From an uncultured Leptospirales bacterium (GTDB lineage Bacteria > Spirochaetota > UBA4802 > UBA5550): DNA of 64,000 nucleotides. The notes beneath the pieces were generated by a model, which saw only the letters and a list, made by a program, of their open reading frames with translations, was not told where the DNA came from and searched no databases. The stretch lies in assembly GCA_964450405.1 (NCBI GenBank), contig CAYVCQ010000015.1, forward strand, positions 12,327 to 76,326, read 5' to 3'. The translations under genes and the position numbers were made by a program. This document shows positions 26,901 through 36,596 of the stretch, one piece after another. How positions within the stretch are numbered: the first letter of the stretch is position 1; each line of letters starts with the position of its first letter.

Positions 26901-28559
26901 ATGAAAAAGGGAACTCTTCTTTTAAATCTGATACTGGCTTTTGTTACTGTTGTATTCGTTTCGTGCGAAAATGCAGGTGATTCACCAAAAAGCTTCAGTA
27001 ATTTTGATCAGGCTGCCCAGGAGCTGGATTCCCCCGCAACAGGCCCGGAAAATGCTGTTGATATTACTCAATTCAGCGATGCTTCAGTGAATGCAGCAAT
27101 CAGCTCAAACTCAGTTGCCGCTACGGCTTTCCAGAGTTCCATTGCCAACGGTGCTGTTAATGTAGAGGTTAACACTCCGGTTACTATAACTTTTAATTCT
27201 GACATTAATGCAAACTCTGTAAATGTTAATAAAGTATATTTAAAGGATTCTGCCGGTAAAATCCTTTATGATCGTATTGTTCTCGATGGAAATATAATAA
27301 CCATTATTCCTCAGATAAGACTGCAGCCTAATGCAACATATACTGCTGTTTTCAGCGGACTTACTGATATCAGCGGAAATGCCATAGATACAATAAGCAT
27401 AAGTTTTACAAATAGAGATCTTGATTACGGACTGTATTTTTTCGGAAAATTCGGCTTGTCTGAAAAATATTTTCCCGGCGTAGAGAACGCATTTTATAAT
27501 CCGGATATACAGACAGTTATTTTTTCTCACGGATGGCAGGCTGATTCAGTTGGAAAGGTTGACCCATATGGAAGACCAGGGTATAGTCATGAAATTTTCT
27601 ACTGGACCGAAGATAGTTTTGACGGTCAGAAAGCATATAATGGTCTTAAGAAGTGGACCAATCACAGCTGGATAGATAAAGGATGGAATACAGGAATAGT
27701 TTACTGGAACCAGTTTGCCGATGAACCGGCATTATCAACGGGGAATATTCTCGGTGTTCCGGCAGCTGAAGAAAAAATCTGGAGCTTTAACGGTACAAGA
27801 GGAAACAGATACAGAATTCTTGATGCTCAGGGTAACAAAGTATATAAAAATTTCAACGGTATTGTTCAGTTTAATGGAAGTCAGGTAACAGTGAAGAGTG
27901 TTGGTGAAATTCTGAGATTATATGTGCTTGATGCTCTTTCTCAAAATACATCAGGTAATATCCGCCTTGTGGGTCATTCTCTTGGAAATCAGGTTGTAAA
28001 TTATCTTGCAAAGGAATGTAAAACTAAAGGTATTAAAATTAACCGTATTGCTCTTCTTGATCCTGCATGGATGAGCGGTGCAAAGTTTTTTTTCCCCAAC
28101 GACGGTTATGGGACATGGACCGGTGAAAGATGCCGTAATTATCTGAAAGAGATGATAAGTGCATGGCCGGATTTTTCACTTGAATTATATCATACAACAT
28201 TGATTAATGAATCAATTGCAACACTTGCCGACAGTAACGACGAACTTCAGAGAATCGGTTGTAATGTTAATAACGCACCATGGTATTACTCTGCTGTGCA
28301 GCTTGCAGGTAAACATATCTCAATCCGTCATTCATATTTCTGGAGTATGGAATCCAATCCTCCGATAGAATGCACAATCAAATGGGTATGGTTTCAGTTA
28401 AAACGTTTTGCAACAGGTTACGACGGTCCGGCTGCTTCTACCTCAACTTCACGTATTCATGGCATGATGGGTGCTACATATGAATGGACACAGGTAGAGG
28501 GACGTTATACTCCGGATCCATCCGATGACTGGTTTGAAAGAAAAGCTAATTCGCATTGA
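26901..28559 (+). CDS. Lipoprotein: N-terminal Ig-like (SbsA-type) domain fused to lipase-like alpha/beta hydrolase
   Basis: Lipobox VVFVSC. VNTPVTITFNSDINANSVNVNKVYL Ig-like motif. Nucleophile elbow VGHSLGNQV. Confidence 0.7.
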   Translation: MKKGTLLLNLILAFVTVVFVSCENAGDSPKSFSNFDQAAQELDSPATGPENAVDITQFSDASVNAAISSNSVAATAFQSSIANGAVNVEVNTPVTITFNSDINANSVNVNKVYLKDSAGKILYDRIVLDGNIITIIPQIRLQPNATYTAVFSGLTDISGNAIDTISISFTNRDLDYGLYFFGKFGLSEKYFPGVENAFYNPDIQTVIFSHGWQADSVGKVDPYGRPGYSHEIFYWTEDSFDGQKAYNGLKKWTNHSWIDKGWNTGIVYWNQFADEPALSTGNILGVPAAEEKIWSFNGTRGNRYRILDAQGNKVYKNFNGIVQFNGSQVTVKSVGEILRLYVLDALSQNTSGNIRLVGHSLGNQVVNYLAKECKTKGIKINRIALLDPAWMSGAKFFFPNDGYGTWTGERCRNYLKEMISAWPDFSLELYHTTLINESIATLADSNDELQRIGCNVNNAPWYYSAVQLAGKHISIRHSYFWSMESNPPIECTIKWVWFQLKRFATGYDGPAASTSTSRIHGMMGATYEWTQVEGRYTPDPSDDWFERKANSH

Positions 28560-28587
28560 AATAAGATGATAGCTGCAATATACAGGA

Positions 28588-28614
28588 GGCCGGTTTTTAA
28601 ACCGGCCTTTTTTG
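28588..28614 (+). terminator. Rho-independent terminator
   Basis: ggccgg-tttttaaa-ccggcc followed by tttttt, 29 nt after the stop of 26901-28559. Confidence 0.7.
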
Positions 28615-28870
28615 CGTTACTGGAGCTTTTGATGAAATCTACAGTACCGGCGCGGGGAGCTGCAAAGTTACGGATATGAGCAAAATTTTGTAGAATCAGT
28701 TCAAAAAGGTGAAACTGCAGGTTAAGTCTATTATTTATGAGATAGATCATTGAGCCCATCGTGAGGCGGGACCCTGAGCAAGTTTAAAAATAAGAGAGTT
28801 TATCGTATAATGTTATTGACTTCCTTTTTTTTAATTATATTTATATTTTAAAAATACAGGCTGATATCAA

Positions 28871-29299
28871 ATGGAAACTGAAAAAATAATTAAAATACTT
28901 TCTAAAAATAGCAGAATATTGAATAACCTTGATGAACATGAAATTCTTGATGTTTTAAAATTCTGTGTCACAAAAACCTGTATTGATAAAGAAGTTGTCT
29001 TCAAAGAAGGTTCCAGGGGTAATGAACTTTTTATAATAGTCTCCGGATCGGTAATTATTAAAAAATCAGGGAAAGTCATAGACGTAATCAGGTCAGGGGA
29101 GTGCTTCGGGGAAATGGCTGCATGGAGTGATGAATTGCGCTCTGCGACAGCTGAATCAGACGGAAATTTACTGCTGCTTGCAGTGGTATTGGATAAATTT
29201 GACTTTGTTTCAAAGGAGCTTCAGATTAAACTTCTTAAAAATATTTTAGCAGTTGTCTCGGCAAGGCTCACAAGGCGGATTGAAGATCTTGCGCATTAA
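28871..29299 (+). CDS. Stand-alone cyclic-nucleotide-binding (cNMP) domain protein
   Basis: FKEGSRGNELFIIVSGSV and GECFGEMA...RSATAES are typical of CAP/Crp-type cNMP-binding domains. No DNA-binding domain. Confidence 0.75.
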   Translation: METEKIIKILSKNSRILNNLDEHEILDVLKFCVTKTCIDKEVVFKEGSRGNELFIIVSGSVIIKKSGKVIDVIRSGECFGEMAAWSDELRSATAESDGNLLLLAVVLDKFDFVSKELQIKLLKNILAVVSARLTRRIEDLAH

Positions 29300-29465
29300 A
29301 AAGCGGTTCGCTATATTAAATCGGTGCAGTTTCCCCGATGTCTGTCGTAATAGCCTTCTCTGACCAATTGTTTCGTTACATAGCTGTGGTTTTTTTTTGA
29401 TTCATTTATGGAGCGAGAATAGTTTTCCGGTAGTTCTTTATAGTTGTTTTCGAGAAAGCCCTGAT

Positions 29466-29524
29466 ATAATCAGAGCTAAATTTGCGCCTGGCGGGAGTCG
29501 AACCTGAGACGCACGGATTCGAAG
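29466..29524 (-). repeat. Partial duplicate of the tRNA-Arg 3' portion plus 18 nt of 3' flank (att-like repeat)
   Basis: ataatcagagctaaatttgcgcctggcGggagtcgaacctgAgacgcacggattcgaag matches 31003-31061 at 57/59 positions, in direct orientation. Confidence 0.85.
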
Positions 29525-29939
29525 ATTGATCTATAAAAAATACTACTGTTTATCTACGTTTATTGCTGTGTATATACGTGTTTATATTATAGAAGAAAGT
29601 CAAGATTTTGTTGCTTGTTGTATCTTATTGTTTACCTGTGTTTATTCAAATTTCTCACTTTTTTCTCACCTCTAAAAACAAACAGTGTGTTATGCGATTC
29701 GTGGATTGGATGGATAAAACAAGGTTATTTCAGTTATTTGCTAATAAAGAATTATGTATTTTTTATGAGCTAATTATTATAACTTTATTGATGCAAACCT
29801 GATTATATGAGTCATAGTAAAATAAAATTAGCTGTTATATAAAGTTTCTAATTCCGCCAATTTAAATATGTAAAAGCTTGACAGTTCGGTTTCTAAGTGC
29901 TAATTATTAAACAGTATATAGATTCATGAGGCATATAGT

Positions 29940-30245
29940 ATGAATAATAAAACATTGACCCTTAATTCAGCTCTCGAAATACTCCGTAAGAATAAGACTG
30001 GATTTGAAGAAAAATATGGTATCACTGAAATCGGTATATTCGGTTCAGTAGCCCGGGGAGAAGCCGGAGAAGGAAGTGATGTTGACATAGTGGTCAAGAT
30101 GAAAAAACCTGATCTTTTTTTTATGGTACATATCAAAGAAGAATTGGAAGAAGAATATGAAACCAGCGTTGATGTTATTCATTATAGAGAGAAGATGAAC
30201 TCATTTCTAAAGAATCGGATCGATAGGGATGCTGTTTATGTATGA
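29940..30245 (+). CDS. mntA: MntA-type nucleotidyltransferase antitoxin
   Basis: GIFGSVARGEAGEGSDVDIVV (GSxxRG...SDxD minimal nucleotidyltransferase motif). Overlaps the hepT-like frame by 8 nt. Confidence 0.85.
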   Translation: MNNKTLTLNSALEILRKNKTGFEEKYGITEIGIFGSVARGEAGEGSDVDIVVKMKKPDLFFMVHIKEELEEEYETSVDVIHYREKMNSFLKNRIDRDAVYV

Positions 30246-30606
30246 TAAGGATCTTATCAAAGAGGTTCTTTCGCAAATACTTACTGCAACCAGACGGATA
30301 GAGAGAAGGTCATCATCAATCAGCAAGCCTGATGATTTTATTTCTTCAGATGAAGGGATAGATAAACTCGATGCGATAAGTATGATGCTGATTGCCATCG
30401 GTTAAAGCCTGAAGTATATTGATAAACTTACAAATAAATCATTACTTATTTTATAACCTGATATAGATTGGACCGGAGCTAAAGGAGTGCGTGATATTTT
30501 AAGTCATCATTATTTTGATATTAATGCAGATGTGGTATTCACAATTTGTAAAGAACATATTCCTAAGCTTTCAGGTGTAATAAAACAGATGATAAATGAT
30601 GTGTGA
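30238..30606 (+). pseudogene. hepT: HepT/DUF86 HEPN toxin gene inactivated by two in-frame TAA codons
   Basis: The frame from ATG 30238 to TGA 30604-30606 reads MYDKDLIKEVL...IAIG*SLKYIDKLTNKSLLIL*PDIDWTGAKGVRDILSHHYFDI... The HEPN R-x4-H motif (RDILSH) is present. Stops are at 30403-30405 and 30454-30456. Confidence 0.8.
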
Positions 30607-30727
30607 GGATAGAATAAGAGATTGGGTGGTTATTGCAGACTTTAATTCTGAATACATGAAATTCTATTTTCGCTATTTATTGAATTCATGCTCAGGATGA
30701 TACTGGATGCAATAGATATTTTTTTTT

Positions 30728-30840
30728 ACCCCCGAAGATGCCCCCTATGCTACCCCCGAAGTCAGAAAATTGCTTCGTGTATTGAGTGGAGAAATGACAA
30801 GAAAACAGATCCAGGAAAAACCCGTATTAAAGAGAATATA
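30728..30840 (+). pseudogene. Short C-terminal remnant resembling AlbA_2/RecG-like transcriptional-regulator proteins
   Basis: Translates to TPEDAPYATPEVRKLLRVLSGEMTRKQIQEKPVLKRI*, with no upstream ORF body. The recognition of the family is from memory only. Confidence 0.3.
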
Positions 30841-31019
30841 ATTTACAATAATTAGTAAATTATATTATTTAAACCACAACACTGATTACTATCTGCATGT
30901 ATTAATTAAATATTTATCCTTTGTTTTATGCATATAATTTAAAAACAATACGGATTATATCTAAGTCAACGAGTAATACTAATAGTTTCAAAATAATCAG
31001 AGCTAAATTTGCGCCTGGC

Positions 31020-31092
31020 AGGAGTCGAACCTGCGACGCACGGATTCGAAGTCCGACGCTCTATCCACTGAGCTACAGGCGCATATATAAAC
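31020..31092 (-). tRNA. tRNA-Arg (anticodon TCG)
   Basis: The reverse complement folds as a cloverleaf: acceptor GCGCCTG/CAGGCGC, D-arm GCTC/GAGC, anticodon loop CTTCGAA, T-arm GCAGG-TTCGACT-CCTGC, discriminator A. CCA is not encoded. Confidence 0.9.
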
Positions 31093-31143
31093 TTTTTATT
31101 TTTGAACTGGAAAGTTGTCAACACAATAAATATAAACAGATAA

Positions 31144-31161
31144 GGACAATCCCGGGATTGT
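31144..31161 (-). terminator. Possible terminator hairpin after the MBL-hydrolase gene
   Basis: Perfect 18-nt palindrome gacaatcccgggattgtc directly after the stop codon. The T-tract is weak. Confidence 0.3.
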
Positions 31162-31162
31162 C

Positions 31163-31954
31163 TTACTCTGCAGGGAAAACTTTTATAAATCTATCCTTCA
31201 TGTCTGCATACTTGTTATCATGAAGGGTAAACAGCTTATGGTTACCTTTTGTCACAAGATTAATAAATCTCATATTATTACTGTGATTTACTCCTGAACC
31301 GTTTCCGATATTCCTGGTAATATTATCTACTAGATAAATCTCGTCCCCGGTAAAACAGTACCTGTCTTCGCCTTGGTTGAAAAACACAACAGATGAGCCC
31401 TTCGTATGTCCTCCGAATTTCTGCACAGTGAATATATCGTAAAGAACCATACTTTCATCAAAGACTGTTACTTTCAGATTGCCATTTAAAAACTTCTTCA
31501 CATCACTAAGACTGTTGCCTTTACGGAGTGTATCAAGCTCATCTTTATTGATGATAAATCTGGCATTTTTAAAACGATGAGCATTGCCGATATGATCGAA
31601 ATGAGAATGAGTTATAATTACATCAGTGATCTGTTCGGCATCGATTCCATTATCTTTAAGTATGGAAAGCGGATCTTTGAAATCTCTTATCCCGAAAGAT
31701 TTTGCTATTTGCGTATCGTTAAATCCTGTATCTATAAGTATTTTCCTGTCGCCATACTCTATATAGTAGAACATCCAGCTGAATGGAACCGTTCCGCCGG
31801 ATTTGTCTCCATAGAAAACAAATTTTTTCTGAAAGAGCGAGCTTCCGTAGCGGACAGCATAAATCTTTAAATTAACACCGCCGCTGGTACATTCAGTACT
31901 CACGGCGGTCATAATTGCAAAAGAGAATAGCAGCTTAACGAATCTGTTAATCAT
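31163..31954 (-). CDS. Secreted MBL-fold metallo-hydrolase (lactonase-like)
   Basis: Signal peptide. ITHSHFDHIGNAH (HxHxDH) motif and a later GGHTKGS. Confidence 0.8.
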   Translation of the reverse strand: MINRFVKLLFSFAIMTAVSTECTSGGVNLKIYAVRYGSSLFQKKFVFYGDKSGGTVPFSWMFYYIEYGDRKILIDTGFNDTQIAKSFGIRDFKDPLSILKDNGIDAEQITDVIITHSHFDHIGNAHRFKNARFIINKDELDTLRKGNSLSDVKKFLNGNLKVTVFDESMVLYDIFTVQKFGGHTKGSSVVFFNQGEDRYCFTGDEIYLVDNITRNIGNGSGVNHSNNMRFINLVTKGNHKLFTLHDNKYADMKDRFIKVFPAE

Positions 31955-34716
31955 TATGCTGCTTTTTTAATTACTATGAATAGTAGAATCGCTGCAACAT
32001 ATGTAATGAATCCCAGCATAAGCGTGTAGCCCATTCCGTAGGATACGTTCAGGAATATCGAGAGAGAAACACCGACAGTTGCAAGCACTCCGTTTACTCC
32101 GAACATCAATGTTGCGTACTCGTTAGATACATCCTGCTTAACCTGCTCCATCGCGTGAGGGAAGGGCATACCCATTAGAAATGCAAGAGGGAATATCAGT
32201 CCCGATGCTATAAAAAGTTTGGAGGTAAAACTGAATTTTGCAAACAACTGGAATACATCTCCGATAAAGAAAGACTGGAAAAGGATCAGCAGAGGTATAA
32301 TACATATGCATATAACAAGTGTTCTTTTGCTGAAGTTTCTGCTGAAAAAACTTCCAAGACCGCTGAACAGAAGCAATCCTCCGAATATTACGATTGTGGA
32401 GTAAATTGGAGATCCGATAAAATTCTGGTATTTCTGCATAAGAACAATCTCGACAAGCATAAAACCAAAACCGAGAAGACCGAAAAAGACTGTATGTCCC
32501 ACAAGTCTGAATCTCTGTGATCCGTATTTGAAGACTGCAAGGAGGAGTACAGGTATCAACATTACTGCAGCTATTTTTAAAATGATGTCGAGGAAGTCGC
32601 GAACCTCTTTTTTGTTTTTATAGATATTAAATGGGTACGGATTGTTATCTGTTACAGGAGATAGGTCCAGTTCGTATGGGAAGTTCACCTTATCGAGTAT
32701 AGATTCTAAGCGCACATTATCAGCATTTGTCATTGTTTTGCTGAGAATATAATATTTGCTGTAAGTTGTGCTGTATCTGTATTTATTTTCAAAAAACTTT
32801 TTATCTTCAGGATTTTCAATTTTTGCAAGAATATCTGATTCATACTCCTGCTTTGAGATTCCATCGGGATAATCTTTCTGATAGTAGATAGCCGGCTCAG
32901 CTCTGAAATATCTTTCAAATGCATGTCCCGTCTTCATTCTCGGATGGAGGAATATTTCAGATCCGTATTTCGGTGCTATTACACTGTGATAAGCCGCAAA
33001 TTTAGAGAGCTCCTTATCTGTAAATGGAACTTTTTTAATAAGTATGGTTTGAAACTGTTTCGATGTTCCCCAGAAGTCCCATGCATATATGATAATATTT
33101 TCATCGGGATTCTTAATGCCGACTTCTTTCATAGACTGCTTCAGAGTGTTAAGGAATTTATAGAATGACAATCTTGCTCTCTTGGTTTCAATAATCTCTT
33201 CGTAAACAACCATACCTTTGTCTGTAAGTTTGTTCAGCATCATCTTTGTCGCTTCAACTGTGTGAAGATACTCAGGAGCAAGGGTCGCGATTGACGGATA
33301 CTCGTAATGAAGGTTCATCAGAGTTATCATGTCGTATGTTTCATTGTTGCTTGAGAGGAAATATCTTCCCTCTGCATGATAAGCGTCAAGTCCCTTGTAG
33401 GGATAGTTTCCGAAAACAGAGAAATATCCCTCCTTGTTATTCTCCATCATGATGTTCATAATAACCGGAGAAAACTCAACTCCGCTGACTTTTGCATTCT
33501 CCTGTCTTTTGGCAGACTTCACAATGCCGTCGTATGAGAGACCTATAATAAATATTTTCGGATTATCAATTTGCGGAACACGCGGATCGTATATGGTACC
33601 GTTTCCTTTGTCTACAGTATCCAGAGGGATACCATTTGTGCAGAAAAATATATTATTGTTATCCACTGCAAAAAGATCAATCTTACCCATTAAATCGTCA
33701 CCTGAAAAAATGAGTTTCCAGTTGGCATATTTCATATGGCTTGCCCATGTTTTTCTGCCGTCTATCTTATTCTTCTCATCAGGTTTTATGTTGTAGTTAA
33801 TATCAATTGCATTTGTCAGCCCGTATTTTGCAAATCCGGTGTTTTTAAGTAAGCTGCATTTTTCAGCATCTATGATGTGTGTGTATCCTATGTCGTTGAG
33901 TATGTATTTGGCTCTCATCTTATCATAGTATGCGTCACTGACTACATACTTGTCGCCGGTGAGGGTAAATTTGGATATCATAAAGTCTTTATCAAATTTG
34001 CTTTTAATAGTGGGGAGTATCTTCTGTTCGAATTCTGTTTTTGTAAATTCTGACGGGAGCTTCAGGTTTTCTTTAAGAATAAATCCCACTCCGAAAATCA
34101 GCGGTATAGATATCGCTGCAGCAAGGATTTTCAGGAAAATATTTCTATATCCTATTACCAGCGTGAGGATAAATACAGCAGGTATAAACATAAGAACAAT
34201 AAGTGAATTTTCTGATTTAATTGTGCTGACGCTAATGATCGGGAATATTACCCCGGCTGCAGATGCTGCAAGGTTGGTGAAATATATCTTGTTGGAATTT
34301 CCTCTTGTAAAGAGAAGGGACACTATAACTGCTCCGAAGAAAAAAGGAAGTACTAGGAAATACGGATATCCGTATTCGCCAATCCGGATGATGTTATAAT
34401 ACGATAGAGGAATAGATGCAATGAACAGCAGTGCAGCGATCATCATTACCGCATATCCGCGGATTCTGGCCAGATAAAAGCTTAAAAAGCCGCCGGCTGC
34501 AATACCGATCATTGCAATTGAGATTACAAATGTAGCTGTTATATAATTTGTGATAATAAGCAGCTGATGCATGAAAATTGTTTCAAGCGCCATTATTGAG
34601 AATGAGAATAAAAACATGGCAATGTTATTAATTATACTGTCTCTGAGACTTTTGTTTTCTGTCATAATACTCTCTTTGTTTTCTTTGAATTCGGTGTATT
34701 TAAATTTATGTTTCAT
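31954..34716 (-). CDS. Large polytopic membrane protein with central spermidine-synthase-like domain
   Basis: N-terminal block of about 7 TM segments typical of fused spermidine-synthase-like proteins (FSFSIMALETIFMHQLL...IAMIGIAAGG). Soluble central region. C-terminal block of about 5 TM segments. 1-nt overlap with the downstream MBL gene. Confidence 0.55.
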   Translation of the reverse strand: MKHKFKYTEFKENKESIMTENKSLRDSIINNIAMFLFSFSIMALETIFMHQLLIITNYITATFVISIAMIGIAAGGFLSFYLARIRGYAVMMIAALLFIASIPLSYYNIIRIGEYGYPYFLVLPFFFGAVIVSLLFTRGNSNKIYFTNLAASAAGVIFPIISVSTIKSENSLIVLMFIPAVFILTLVIGYRNIFLKILAAAISIPLIFGVGFILKENLKLPSEFTKTEFEQKILPTIKSKFDKDFMISKFTLTGDKYVVSDAYYDKMRAKYILNDIGYTHIIDAEKCSLLKNTGFAKYGLTNAIDINYNIKPDEKNKIDGRKTWASHMKYANWKLIFSGDDLMGKIDLFAVDNNNIFFCTNGIPLDTVDKGNGTIYDPRVPQIDNPKIFIIGLSYDGIVKSAKRQENAKVSGVEFSPVIMNIMMENNKEGYFSVFGNYPYKGLDAYHAEGRYFLSSNNETYDMITLMNLHYEYPSIATLAPEYLHTVEATKMMLNKLTDKGMVVYEEIIETKRARLSFYKFLNTLKQSMKEVGIKNPDENIIIYAWDFWGTSKQFQTILIKKVPFTDKELSKFAAYHSVIAPKYGSEIFLHPRMKTGHAFERYFRAEPAIYYQKDYPDGISKQEYESDILAKIENPEDKKFFENKYRYSTTYSKYYILSKTMTNADNVRLESILDKVNFPYELDLSPVTDNNPYPFNIYKNKKEVRDFLDIILKIAAVMLIPVLLLAVFKYGSQRFRLVGHTVFFGLLGFGFMLVEIVLMQKYQNFIGSPIYSTIVIFGGLLLFSGLGSFFSRNFSKRTLVICICIIPLLILFQSFFIGDVFQLFAKFSFTSKLFIASGLIFPLAFLMGMPFPHAMEQVKQDVSNEYATLMFGVNGVLATVGVSLSIFLNVSYGMGYTLMLGFITYVAAILLFIVIKKAA

Positions 34717-35361
34717 TTAGTTTACTTCTTGTGGGCATGAAATCGTGCAAAAGTATAAGCCACTATTTTCAAAGTCAATTCTTATCACAATAAAAAAATG
34801 ATATTTAATTAAAAATAATGTTATATAAAGAAGAGGAATGTTTTTTTCAAACCCTGCTATTTTTAATTGACTTTAACCCTGTGAAGGTTATATATAAAAT
34901 TGAGCGTTAATAATAGAGTCAAATAAGTGAAATTATTGTTTTTTCAAATTTAATCTCTCATTTAGAGGAATCGTTAATAGAGACGCTAAATCCCCGTAAG
35001 TCAGCTGCGTCTCTTAAATCATGCAATTAACAGGTTTTTAATGATTTTTTATCCTTATCGAAATAATTTACAGATTAAATCGTTACAATAGAGTAATTTC
35101 ACTTGTAGATGTTTTAAAATGAACAGTTTTAGATAGAAAAAGCGGCATATTCTCTATCTGGTTCGTTGAATCCGGCGATTAAGGTTTAACGCTGCAGGTC
35201 TGATTATAACAGTACTGAAAGTACTGATGTAATAATATAGTAACTGCTTTGAAGCAGGTGGTAATTCTTTTCTCCGTTGTGATGCTGGCTGCGGTGAAGA
35301 GAGTTGCCATGGTTTTACAAGCGGCTGCATATAAAACTTTAAAAAATGTAAGGAGTATTGC

Positions 35362-36513
35362 ATGAAAAAGTTAATTCTTCTACTTACAGCATTTCTGGTT
35401 TTCGCTGTAATGGTCACAGGCTGCAAAAAGAAAGCCCCTGAGCTTTCAGAAGTAAGTGTTATTAAAATCGGTGTATTTGAGCCTCTTACCGGTGCAAATG
35501 CAAGTGGTGGAGAACTTGAAGTACGCGGTATGAAGCTTGCCAACGAAATGTTTCCCACAGTACTGGGGAAAAAAATTGATCTCATTATTGTTGATAACAA
35601 GAGTGACAAAGTTGAAGCTGCCAACGCTGCAGAAAGACTTGTAAACAAAGATCAGGTTGCTGCAATTATCGGAAGCTGGGGAAGTTCACTTTCCATGGCG
35701 GCTGGCCAGGTTACAAAAGGGAAAGTTCCAGTTGTGGCATGTTCGGCAACAAATCCTCTTGTAACTAAAGGTAATGGCTGGTATTTCAGAGTATGTTTCC
35801 TTGATCCTTTCCAGGGTAAAGTTATGGCTAACTATGCGGTAACTAAAGTTAATGCAAAAACTGCCTGCGTTATTCAGGAGATCTCAAACGACTATTCTGT
35901 TGGTCTTGCTAAGTTTTTCATCGATTCATTTACTCAGCTTACAAAGAATGACAAATCAATTCTTGCAAAACCTTTCAGCTATAATACTGGTGATAATGAT
36001 TTCACAGCTCAGCTTACAGCTATTGCTCAGCTTAAGCCTGATGTAATCTTTGCACCGGGTAACTACACTGAGTCTGCTCTTATTATCAAACAGGCGAGAG
36101 ATCAGGGAATCAAGATTCCTTTCCTCGGCGGAGATACATGGGAAACAGGTCCTTTCCTTGAAGTTGGAAAAAAATCTGTTGAGGGAGCTACATTCTCAAC
36201 ATTCTTTACATCTGAAGTTCCTATTACAAAAATGTCAGAAAAATTCCTGAAGGCTTACAGAGAGAAATATAAAGAAGAGCCTGCAGCTGTTACAGCGCTT
36301 GGTTTCGATGCTTATATCGTTATAAGAGCAGCTATTGAAAAAGCAAACTCTATTGATCCTGAAAAAATCAAAAATGAAATTGCAAAAACAAAAGATTTTG
36401 AAGGTTCAGCCGGTATGATCACACTCGATGAAAACGGCGATGCTGTTAAAGATGCAGTTATTAAAGTTGTTAAAGATGGTAAATTCAAATATCTTACAAC
36501 TGTTAAACCATAA
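35362..36513 (+). CDS. livK: Branched-chain amino-acid ABC transporter substrate-binding lipoprotein
   Basis: Lipobox VMVTGC. IKIGVFEPLTGANASGG, IIGSWGSSLS and FLGGDTWE are typical of the Peripla_BP_6/LivK family. Confidence 0.85.
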   Translation: MKKLILLLTAFLVFAVMVTGCKKKAPELSEVSVIKIGVFEPLTGANASGGELEVRGMKLANEMFPTVLGKKIDLIIVDNKSDKVEAANAAERLVNKDQVAAIIGSWGSSLSMAAGQVTKGKVPVVACSATNPLVTKGNGWYFRVCFLDPFQGKVMANYAVTKVNAKTACVIQEISNDYSVGLAKFFIDSFTQLTKNDKSILAKPFSYNTGDNDFTAQLTAIAQLKPDVIFAPGNYTESALIIKQARDQGIKIPFLGGDTWETGPFLEVGKKSVEGATFSTFFTSEVPITKMSEKFLKAYREKYKEEPAAVTALGFDAYIVIRAAIEKANSIDPEKIKNEIAKTKDFEGSAGMITLDENGDAVKDAVIKVVKDGKFKYLTTVKP

Positions 36514-36567
36514 CATACTGCGGGGCTTTTTAAAAGGGCTATTGCCCTCTTGATCCCGTTTTAAAAA

Positions 36568-36596
36568 AGAGGAAGTTTAAAAGCTTCCTCTTTTTA
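36568..36596. terminator. Bidirectional terminator between convergent livK and vapC
   Basis: agaggaag-tttaaaag-cttcctct flanked by an A-run 5' and a T-run 3'. Confidence 0.55.

Noticed and set aside
30921-31223. A 100-aa plus-strand ORF.
   Set aside because: It reads straight through the antisense of tRNA-Arg and into the end of the MBL gene.
34717-35361. A 645-nt divergent region upstream of livK with an AGAGA string, a hairpin (agagacgc...gcgtctct) and a GGTGGTA string. It was considered as a T-box or other amino-acid leader.
   Set aside because: The conserved T-box sequence (GGTGGTACCGCG) and an obvious specifier-loop architecture are absent, so I cannot support a riboswitch call by eye.
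35154-35648. A 164-aa minus-strand ORF spanning the livK start.
   Set aside because: It is antisense to the well-supported livK lipoprotein gene and its composition is low in complexity.
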